From positions 620,001-684,000 of the forward strand of contig OZ025651.1 of NCBI GenBank assembly GCA_964019335.1: 64,000 nt of DNA, read 5' to 3'. Both the position numbers and the translations under genes were made by a program. Positions within the stretch are counted from its first letter, which is position 1. Every line of letters starts with the position of its first letter. Shown piece after piece: positions 54,652-64,000 of this stretch. The DNA is from Diplonema japonicum (Eukaryota > Protista > Euglenozoa: Diplonemea). Below the pieces are notes generated by a model. The model saw only the letters and a program-made list of their open reading frames with translations, ran no database searches and was not told the origin of the DNA.

Positions 54652-55161
54652 AACTATTTATTGCCAACAAATTATGAGTCATTATTTAACTCGAGTTCCC
54701 GCCCTGCGGGCCCTGCAAAAAAGCGGGTAACGAGAGTTAAATAATGGCTCATTTGGCGGCAAGTAAGTCGTTTTATTTCACTCTTCGTCATTTGAGTCAC
54801 TCACTCTTCACTGCTTTCACTGCTGTTTTTTTTCACACAGGTCAGCCTTTTTGGGGAGTTTCCTAAGGTAATATGGGGTTGCTATTTCGCCGTGGCATTT
54901 AAAGGGGAAGTAAGGCACTTGTTCCCACTTTTAAGGGCTGGAATGGCCTCAGATGGCCAAAAATAGTCAAAATACGCCCACCCCAAAAAAATTTTTCAAA
55001 GGGTTGGGTGCATTTTTTTCCACGGCGAGACTCATTTTTCCACTCTGAAGGGCCATTATTTAACTGCAAAATCTCATTATTTAACTAGTTAAATAATGGC
55101 CATTTCGCGTTAAATAATGAGGCCCCTAGTGAGTGAAGAAAATGACGAAGAGTGAAATAAA
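54652..55161. mobile_element. Non-autonomous palindromic element (terminal hairpin + 22-bp inverted repeats), Crypton-like architecture
   Basis: ~40-bp imperfect hairpin arms 54652-54692/54734-54772; IR TTTATTTCACTCTTCGTCATTT at 54772-54793 and 55140-55161; six CATTATTTAAC motifs in alternating orientation. Confidence 0.6.
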
Positions 55162-55930
55162 TAAATAATATCCCCCCCGCCAGGTCCCCTTTTTCTTTTG
55201 CGAGTCAAGAAAATGAGACAATTTGAAAGTGAGCAGCAAAACGCCCGCCCCGCCACATGCTAAGCTGGGAAGCTCGCAAAGAGTGCTCACAGTGCTGGGT
55301 GGGGGGGGGGTCCTCGCAAGGACTTCGTGCTTTCTTTTTTATTTCAATTCCCTCCTGACCCCATTTTTTTCCAATACTCCCCTGCACACTGAAACTTTAT
55401 CGATTTTTTTCCCTCTTGTTCCCCCCCCCCCCCCCCCCTTCTTCTTCTCTTCTTGGCACCGAGCTCGTGCTTTATGGTGGGTCACGATCCATGTGTTCAA
55501 AATGCCTCACCTTTCTGCTCTTCTCTCTTCACTTTATATTAACAATAGTATATTTGTCAGCACTACTATTCCTCAGCACGGTTAGTTGATTTTTGTACGG
55601 GGCCTTTGAGATTTAACCCCCCTTTTCGTACCACAGCTTATAAAATCCACTGGTGTGCCAGAGTAGTTTCTTTTTTTTTCCACAAGAAAAAAAAAAAAAA
55701 AAAAAAAAAACCCGCCACACGAGAATGAAAAGCAGGGGAAGGTCGCCCCCTTTTTTTACTCCTTTTTCTTCTTCATAATTTTCTTTTTGCCCCTCTTTTT
55801 CTTTTTGCTCCATTGATTTTTTTTCTTATTCCCCCCCCCCCCCTCGTTTTTTCCTCTGTTCGCATCTTAAGAAAGGAGTGGGGGGAGGTAGAAAAAAAGG
55901 GAGGAGAAAAAAAGAAAAAAAAAAACACCA

Positions 55931-56128
55931 ATGCCTGCTGTAAAAGGCTCAAACAATGTAAAAGGAGCAGCAAAGAAGAAAAAGCCATCAGATGAGTTCG
56001 GGATGAAGCAAGGGTCGTTGGTAGACAGCCTTGGGCTTGGCGCGGTTGACCTTCCAAAACTACCTGGCGGGCAGGATAGCCACTTGAGCACGAGCGTGGG
56101 CTTAATGGGAACAACAAGTGTTGTTTAG
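55931..56128 (+). CDS. Small hypothetical protein (65 aa)
   Basis: ATG after an A-rich leader, complex sequence between low-complexity tracts. Confidence 0.45.
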   Translation: MPAVKGSNNVKGAAKKKKPSDEFGMKQGSLVDSLGLGAVDLPKLPGGQDSHLSTSVGLMGTTSVV

Positions 56129-56239
56129 TTACACCGTTAGTTACACTTGCAGCAGGAGGAGAGTCCCCCCCCCCCCTCTTTTTTCTTCACCCCTCCTCTG
56201 GATTTATAGGCTCTCGAGAAAGGGAAAAAAAAAAAAAAA

Positions 56240-56666
56240 ATGTTGTATTTCACAAACATATGGAGAATGCCTGATGCATGGCCCCTTGCGGCATCAATGG
56301 ACACTGATACTATTCCAGAGCAAGAGAAATGGAAGAAGCACTCCCAGATGCTTGTAAAGAAATTGTGCGAGGACTACGGCAGAGGTGGGCTGCCGAAGCT
56401 GATGTCTGTGGAGCACGGTGCGTATTGCTACCACATTCTAAACAGCGACGGTGTGCTGTACCTGACCTTTTGCCAGAAGGGGGACAATGTAGCCGCTTCA
56501 TATGCATTCCTTGAAGAGGTGTGTGAGGGGAACATTAGTGTTCTACTATTTACTAAATAAAAATCTGGCTGATTTTTTATGTAGTATGATGTTAATGAGG
56601 GAAATTCGGACACCAAGAAAACTGCTGCAAAAAATAAGGCGAAATTTTCTCATTGACTAATTGTTT

Positions 56667-56713
<47 letters not shown>

Positions 56714-57348
56714 CAATGGAACACATATTATTAAAAGTTTAAACATATTGAACCCACGACCCCTGAAACCCTGACGAGGGTCCTGACCACTTACCTACGG
56801 CGGTGTCAGCGGCCCCCAAAAAATGAAGACAAACTAAAAATCCCTGAAAATGGCTCAAGAGTAAAAATCAGATACTTTACATTTACGGCACGTTTTAAAG
56901 CCAAATTTAGCCTTTTACTTTACGTTTATTCTGCACTTTACATTTCCTCGTCAGGGTAGAAAGTGGTTTCTGATTTTTATGTTTCTGCAGAATTTCCCTC
57001 ATAACTTTACAGAATTATAAGAAAAAAAGGGAAAAAAAAAAGAAAAAAAAAAAAAAAACCACACAGATTTCGCGAGAATTTTGGAGTCTTTACGCGGAAC
57101 AAATCCCCACCGAGACCCGGCCTTACAAATTCATAAAATTCGATATTTTCATCAGCAAATCTCGTAAAGTGTATCAGACATCGCACTACACCCGCAGCAT
57201 ACCGAACGTGGAGAAGCGCACCTACAACCAGGTCATGGGGATAGCAGAGGCGCAGACATCGGACGACAACCCCGCGCTGATCCTTGGGGGCATCGCGTGC
57301 GGTGTGCTCTTGCTCTTGTTCATCGTGTTGTACTTTGTACTTGCTTAG
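56240..57348 (+). CDS. Sec22-like longin-domain protein with C-terminal TM, lacking a SNARE motif (intron 56519-57066)
   Basis: Exon 1 WPLAASMD...YAFLEE joins exon 2 ISREF...RPYKFIKFDIFISKSRKVY (Sec22 RPYxFIxFD signature), then a TM helix; 93+94 codons. Confidence 0.85.
56595..57002. repeat. Nested inverted-repeat insertion within the Sec22-like intron
   Basis: ATGAGGGAAATTC 56595-56607 / 56990-57002; ACCCTGACGAGG 56768-56779 / 56946-56957; TAAAAATCAGA 56862-56872 / 56969-56979. Confidence 0.6.
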
Positions 57349-57653
57349 ATTTTGAAAAAGGGGGGTTTTTTTTTAAGCCAGGTTTTTTTTTCCCCTTTTC
57401 CCCAGTAATCTTGGAGAGAGAGAGAAGAGTACACAGTTTAAGTGTTCCCCCCCCCCCTTTTTTTTGCTCATCTCCCCCTCAAACCCCCCCCCCCCCCCAC
57501 CAACCTGTGTTTTCTTTTTATTGGAGGCTGCCTCAAGTACTTCTATCCCTCATTCTTTCCACCCCCCCCCCAGCAAGAAAAAAGAGAAACGGCAAAAAGT
57601 TTTTATGCTCACCATTCTCACCTTACCATCTCTGCAGATGGGGCGGGCTAGAG

Positions 57654-57959
57654 ATGGTCTCCTTGAACCCGAAGGATGAGTTTCGTGGTGACCCAGTAGC
57701 AGGGAAGGTTCCCCTTCACAGAGCAAATGGGTCACAAAGCAAGAGTGCTAATAAATGGCTCTCTTTCGGGTCATACAGCTGTTCTGGGGAGAAAACTAGG
57801 ACGGCTTGCGAAAAGAATGCTGAGCTGGGCTGCATTTGGGACCGAGACGAGTGTGCGACTGTTGTGCACGGAAGGTATAAAAAAAAGAGGCATACACACA
57901 AAAACACAAACACCAGGCACCCACGATCTAAGAATTGCTCCAGTTGTGCTGTCATGTAA
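57654..57959 (+). CDS. Small Cys-containing protein with C-terminal CaaX box (CSSCAVM); probable in-frame intron 57875-57916
   Basis: MVSLNPKDEF...CEKNAELGCIWDRDEC..., ends CAVM*; gtataa...accag intron is A-rich like the others. Confidence 0.55.
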   Translation: MVSLNPKDEFRGDPVAGKVPLHRANGSQSKSANKWLSFGSYSCSGEKTRTACEKNAELGCIWDRDECATVVHGRYKKKRHTHKNTNTRHPRSKNCSSCAVM

Positions 57960-58097
57960 TGTGATAGAAGGATAGCTGTTTACACGCTTTTTTTTTTTTA
58001 TTCTTCTTTCTTAAGCTTTCTTCGTACTTTTAAATTTTTTTTTTTTACCTTAGCTTAACCTCCCAGTTCTAATCACCCCTACAGCGCGACTGGTGAG

Positions 58098-60207
58098 ATG
58101 CCTGCCCGGAAGTCCTCGACTCCGAGGCGGAAGAAGAGCACGAAGGGCTCAAAGGATGCTACAGCTGAGAGTCCCAAAACCCCGCGCAGCCCGAAATATG
58201 AAGGAGATGACTTGAAGAAGGTGTTCGCGGAGTTCAAGAAACCGGGCGCTGAAGGTGCAATCCAGACCCTGAGCGACCTGGCGGTGAAGGTGACGGAGGA
58301 GCAGGTTACCGAGATACGAGAGAAGTCCTCCGTGGAAGGGGAGTTAGACTACCCTGTGTTTAAGAAGGTGATCGAGGAGTTCATCGAGCAGTCCTACAAG
58401 GACGAGGAGGAGCACCCGAAGAAGCTCGTCCCAACCAAATCCATGAGCTCGAAAGGGTCACTGGACCCTGCAGCCGCACTCCGTCTACAAGAGCCGATCC
58501 CAAAGGGGAAGGAGACCGTCCGTGTCGTAGTTAGGGTGAGGCCCTTCATGCCGTACGAGTTCAAGAAGGCAAAGGAGCTCAACCAAACCATGAAGCCCGT
58601 TGTGTTTATGACCAACAAGGAGTGCCAGCTGATGAACACCGACACCGACGAAGCCAACCACTCGTTCAAGTTCGACCAGTGTTTCTGGTCCATCCCCCCC
58701 AACCAGTGCGAGCACGGCCTGCCGCAGGCATCGCAAGAGGACGTGTACAACTACACAGGCGTGCCCGCTATCAAGCACGCCTTCACGGGGTTCAACACTT
58801 GCATCTTCGCGTACGGGCAGACAGGAAGCGGAAAGACTCACTCCATGCTTGGCAGCACCGATGACCCTGGTATCGCTCCAAGACTGATCAACCAGCTCTT
58901 CAGTCGCATCCAGGAGCTGAAGGATAAGGGCGAGAAGACCAAGTTCGAAGTTCGCGTGTGCTTCCTTGAAATCTACAACGAAAAGGTGATGGACCTGCTG
59001 ATGAACTCCCACGTGTACCACGATGACAGCGACGACGACGCGCCCAAGGTGAGGAGGAAGTCCTCTGTGGGCTCGCCGGGGAAGAAGAAAAGAAAGAGCC
59101 AAGCGCCCGGCGGCGACGACAAGTACAGAGAGTGCAAGGTGAGGTTTTCTCCCGACAAAGGGACATACGTCGACGGGATCACAAGGCTGCAGGTGCAGAA
59201 CGCGAAGGAGACCATGGGCAGCATGCAAGGGGGGATGAAGTACAGGGCTGTCGCCAGCCACGCGTTGAACGCCACCAGTAGTAGGTCGCACGCTATCTTC
59301 CAAATCTGCCTGAAGCAGACCTTCATCCTGGGCACGACACGTGTCTCGAACATCAACATCGTCGACTTGGCAGGTTCTGAGCGTATCAAGATGACGAACG
59401 CATCGGGCAGCGTGCTCGACGAGGCGAAGAACATCAACCAGTCGCTGTCGACACTGAGGAGGGTCATTGACACGTTGATCGAAAACTCTAAAACACGCTC
59501 CAAGAAGATCCCCCCCTACCGTGAGTCGATGCTCACGTGGGTGCTGAAAGACTCTCTTGGCGGGAACAGCAAGACCGTCATGATTGCCGCTGTGTCGCCC
59601 CACACCAGCAACTACGATGACACCCTGAACACCCTGAGGTACGCCCTCAAGGCGAAGAGCATCGTGCTGCACGCTCACGTCAACGAGGAGCAGACCGCCT
59701 TCATGGTCAACGCTCTCAAGAAGGAGCTGGAGCTTCTGAAGCAACAGATGGCAACCGGCGGCGGTGGCTTTGCAGGCGACCCAGTCGAGTTGCAGCAGGC
59801 CATAGAGGATCTGAAGAAGACGGAGAACGAGGCGGAGGAGTTCAAGAAGCGTGCGGAGACCGAAATGAAGATGAAGGACGAACAGGTGAAGGAAGAAAAG
59901 AAACAGAGGTTCGCTGCAGTGTTCAGGAACGCCTTCTTCATTGAGAAGAAAAGGATGGACACAGAGGACAGGCTGGCTGCCAAGGACAAGGAGATCGAAG
60001 ACTTGAAGGAGGAGCTCCGTGCGGCACACGACGAGATGCGCAACATCCAAGAGCGGGCAGCCGAGAAGTCGGCACAGGAGCAGCTCCGCACACAGTCTAA
60101 CGCCGACGAGGTACGTAATGAAACACAACACCACCATACCACAGATCGAGAGGCTCGATGAGGAAGTGAAGCATTGCAGAAGGAAGGAGACGGAGCTTAG
60201 GTAAGGG

Positions 60208-60253
<46 letters not shown>

Positions 60254-61338
60254 CTTTAACATCAATACAATACAGGACTGAAATCGAGCAGGGCAAAGTG
60301 CAAACACGCAGGGAGAGCGTGAGGGCGGATTCCTTCGAGACACAGGTGGACAGCTTGAAGGACGAGATATCCAAACTGTCGACGTACGGGAAGGAGGAGG
60401 TGGAGAAGCTGAAGGTTGAGAACGAGAGGCTGAAGAAGGTGGAGTCGGAATCCATGAAGCAGCGCATGCAGCTCGCGGAGCTGGAGCACGAGAACATGCT
60501 TCTGAACAAGAGGGTGAAACAGCTTGAGCAGGACCTGGCTGCGGCGAAGAAACAGATCGAAAGCTTGCTCGACGACAAGTCGGAACTAAGAAAGCAACTC
60601 GCAGAACTGCAGGACGCGCACGACAGGGTGATGGAGGACAAGAAGAAGGTGAAGCAAGAATTCGAACGGGAGATACACATCATGGAAGTGGAAATGGAAC
60701 AGAAGGACTTGCTGCTCAACCAGCTAAGGGGCGAGACGAAACTAATGCGGGAAGAGGTTGACAAGGCTGTGGACGAGAAGCGTCAAGTAGACGACGCGAT
60801 GGCCGGCATCAGACTGACACACACGAAGCATCAGAGGAACTTGGTGTTCCGCGCGAACGAACTGGAAGAATGCCAAGCAAAGATCGTTAAGCTGGAGAAG
60901 GTGAACTCCCAGACAAGGCAGGAGCTCTCCATGGTGCAGGCGCGGTTAGTTACAAAGGAACACGCACTGAGTGTCGCTGAAATGCCGTTCTCGCATCTGT
61001 CGCAGACTCACGCGTCCCCCTCGACACCCGGCAGGGGGCTCAATGACTACGACTTCAAAGGGTACGTGACAGACAAGTACTTCCCCAAAGGTGATAAGCG
61101 TAACTACGATATGAACAAGGCATCGCCTTTGGACTCCAGGGTTGCGGGAGAGCGTGCGTGGGTGGGCAGTGGGTGTGTGCACGGGCAGTCCCCTCACAGG
61201 ACAACGTCTCCAACCAGGTCTTACAGATCTACCTCGCCCCCCACAGCCCCGTCAGATGTGGACTTTACGTCACCTGGAGGGAGGAAGTCGCCACGTAGTT
61301 CATTGTCTCCGAGGGGGGCCATTAATAGGGTGAGGTGA
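58098..61338 (+). CDS. Kinesin motor protein (kinesin-3-like) with coiled-coil tail (introns 60111-60144, 60201-60275)
   Basis: VRVVVRVRP, FKFDQCFWS, FAYGQTGSGKT, NATSSRSH, VDLAGSER, IPPYRESMLTWVLKDSLGGNSKT; the introns join ORFs 58098 and 60298. Confidence 0.93.
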
Positions 61339-61343
61339 TGGAG

Positions 61344-61384
<41 letters not shown>

Positions 61385-62114
61385 GAATGAATGAAAAGTG
61401 TTGTAATTCGCAATCCCCGCCCTTCACACGCACCCACGTTTTTGTTTGTCTTGTAATACCCACACCCCCTTCCCCTTCCCCTCCCCCCCGTTTTGTGGCG
61501 TTGTTCTTGGTAAGAAAAAAAAAAAGAAGGCAAAAAAGTGAGAAATCATTACTCTCTTTTTTTTTTTTTTAAAGATCCTACTTCCGGTATTTTTTTTATT
61601 TTTTTATTACAAAATTATGAAAAAAAAAGAGTTCCACCACTCCCAATACTTGCGACTCTATATGCCCCTTTATTGTCCCCCACCCCTTGTTTCCTATTTT
61701 TTATTTTCTTGTTCACATCTTCGGTTTGGTACTCCGGTTTTTCTCTCTTTTGTGCAAAGGGAGTACCTGATTTCTTTTTTTTTTTATTTTTTTTTTTTAC
61801 TCTCTTTAATTTCACCCCTCCCCCTTTTTTTTCATTGCAACCTTATATTGTATGATGGCACGTTTACAAAGATGAGACAAGGGAAAAAAAAAATAAGGGA
61901 AGGAAAGGGGAAAAAGAGAGAAGGGAAAGAAGGAAAAAAAAAAGAGAAAAAAGATAAGTGTCGAGTTTTTTTTCTGCTTCCCACCCACCTCCTCATTTTT
62001 TTTTCTTTTTTATATTTCACAACGCACATTTGTTTGTTGCAAAAAAATTCTTTTCTTTTTTTTTTTTTTTTTTTTTTTCCCCACTCCCCACTCCCACTTT
62101 GTATTCTCTTTTTT

Positions 62115-62145
<31 letters not shown>

Positions 62146-62166
62146 CTTCTCCCGGAAGAATAATAA

Positions 62167-62852
62167 CGCTCCATATTCGCTAAGAGACCCACCAGAACCC
62201 GCATTTTGAAGAGCTAAAAAAATTTCTAATTGCTTTTTCTAGGGTTGGAATGGATTTATTTGCGTCCGGGGCCCAATGTTCGACATATGGAATTTTTTTT
62301 TGTAATAAAATTTTTTTTGGTGATTTGCCTTACTTTGTACTATACAAAATGAAGCAGCTCCGGTGGAAAAAACACGGCACAAGTGGGGTTCGAACCCTGA
62401 TGAAAAAACCACTGCGTCGGGATTCGAACCCGCGACTCCTGGAACAAGGGGGCCTGACAGGTGAGCACGGTAACCACTCTACCACACAGGAATTCAAAAC
62501 TCTGACCCCCCATCTTTACTCACGCATCCGGCATAGTGGGTGGAGTAGGTTCCCTTCTTACCCTGTTTACCATGTTTTTCAAAGGGAAAAGTGCCCAGTT
62601 GCAAAAGTTTGGCAAAAATGGCCAAAACTCAAAATGGCGACTTCCAAGGTCATTTTGGTTGGCCCCCAATATTTTTTTTTTGGAAAAATCTTTTGGAACT
62701 TCCTTGGAACTCACCGTTCTTTCATGTTCGACATATGGATTTTTTGAAAAAAAAAATTCAATGAACCTTTGGGCATTTTTGACATTTTTTCCCCTATAGC
62801 CCCCTATAACCCCTTTGGGACATAGGGCGGGTCACTTAGCGAATATGGAGCG
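62167..62852. mobile_element. MITE-like element with 18-bp perfect TIRs and TAA flanks, containing a tRNA-derived segment
   Basis: CGCTCCATATTCGCTAAG 62167-62184 / 62835-62852; TAA on both sides; internal direct repeat ATGTTCGACATATGGA at ~62277 and ~62725. Confidence 0.8.
62413..62491 (-). pseudogene. tRNA-Asp(GTC)-derived sequence (A box and B box, non-canonical cloverleaf)
   Basis: Minus strand TCCTGTG-TGGTAGAGTGG (A box)...CT-GTC-A...GCGGGTTCGAATCCCG (B box); acceptor and anticodon stems do not pair; second B box GGTTCGAACCC and T-runs follow. Confidence 0.6.
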
Positions 62853-62956
62853 TAAAAAAAAATCTTTTTTTTCAAACAGGCAAAAGAAATGTGGAGGGGG
62901 TACAAAAGTAGAAAAATATGTCCTTAGTACAGCAGTTATCACCTTTGCAAAATTCG

Positions 62957-64000
62957 ATGTCTTTGAGCAGCGGAAGTGGGATGATGGGGGGTTCTTCAAA
63001 GGGGAACACACCGTCGCAATCACCAAGGGAGAGCAGGGGGCCCTCGGTGAGGGTCGTCGCGCGTTACGCAATGGATGTCAGAGTCGGCAATAAATTCAGA
63101 ATTTTAGAAAAGCTGGGTGCTGGAAGCTTCGGGGAAATCTTCAAAGGAAGAAATATCCAAACAGGAGAGCTTGTCGCTGTCAAACTAGAACCCATCAACA
63201 CGAAGCACCCAATGCTCCTACCCGAGGCCCGACTCTACAAAATGCTGGGACCCGACGGTCCAAGAGGAACTAAATGCAATGTCCGAGATGCAGGTATCCC
63301 CCGTGTCCACTGGTACGGGTTGGAAGGAGATTTCAACGTCATGGTAATGGACCTCCTCGGCCCCAGCCTAGAGGATGTCTTCTCCTTCTTCAACAAAAGT
63401 TTCAGTCTAAAAACGATCCTGCACCTCGGGATACAGATGACTTCCCGGATTGAGTACATCCACTCCAAACACATGGTGCATCGCGATGTAAAGCCCGACA
63501 ACTTCCTCTTGGGAGTTGGCTCCAAGGCCTCCCTTGTATATGCCATTGATTTCGGTCTTGCGAAGCCTTACCGCGACCCTAAGACCCTCGAGCACATTTC
63601 TTATAGGTCGCAAAAACATCTTTTAGGGACTGCTCGTTATGCATCGCTGAACACCCACCTTGGTGTCGAGCAGTCTCGGCGGGACGACATAGAAGCTGTC
63701 GGGTACATACTTTTGTACTTTCTTCGGGGATGCTTGCCTTGGCAGGTGTGGGATTAAAAAGAACTTTAAAAAGAAAATTATATATACAGGGTATAAAGGT
63801 GCAGCGGGGTGGGAACCGCAAGGGGGAGACAAAGGAGAAACATCGCATCGTGAAGGATATGAAAGTTGCCATCACCCCTGAACAGCTGGGGAAAGGGTAC
63901 CCTCCAGAATTTGCAACATTCTTGAAGCAGAGCAGAAATATACGGTTTAACAACAAGGTACGGGACAAGGGGAGGGAAAAAAAATCACAGCCTAATTATG
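62957..64000 (+). CDS. CK1: Casein kinase 1 (partial; introns 63746-63789 and from 63958)
   Basis: [74 protein letters not shown]. Confidence 0.95.

Noticed and set aside
52791-60764. Long minus-strand ORFs (52791-54506, 58485-60764)
   Set aside because: Antisense shadows of high-GC3 genes (SCCPDH-like, kinesin); no motifs and against the cluster direction.
62413-62491. Functional tRNA-Asp
   Set aside because: Acceptor and anticodon stems do not pair and there is an extra insert; kept as tRNA-derived only.

Overview
Eukaryotic nuclear DNA, most likely a diplonemid (Euglenozoa). A 39-nt spliced-leader (SL) exon, AACCAACGATTCTAAAGCTACAGTTTCTGTACTTTATTG, followed by GT lies on the minus strand at 30128-30090. 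Host genes are densely packed in two divergent directional clusters: all minus strand from 1 to ~23.3 kb and all plus strand from ~32 kb to the end. Many carry very short (mostly 31-50 nt), A/C-rich GT-AG introns that the ORF track misses. The ~8.6-kb strand-switch region (23.3-31.9 kb) is a nest of DNA-transposon pieces with heavy CpG->TpG/CpA decay. It holds an intron-containing hAT transposase and a solitary SL RNA gene cassette sitting inside a transposon end. A ~300-nt repeat (one full copy at 21876-22175, degenerate copies at 24.4 and 28.1-28.5 kb) starts exactly at the predicted cleavage site of an HDV-like ribozyme fold and occurs head-to-tail, suggesting an undescribed ribozyme-headed retroelement. 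Recognisable genes: purple acid phosphatase, LRR protein, lactonase, EF-hand dynein light chain-like protein, NAP, PARP-like protein, EDR1-like kinase, an unusual long eIF4E, an RRM-WW protein, CFAP92-like protein, Sec61 alpha, two PTS1 hydrolases, DnaJ, PPR, SCCPDH-like oxidoreductase, SNARE-less Sec22-like longin, kinesin and CK1. All calls are by eye; no searches were run.
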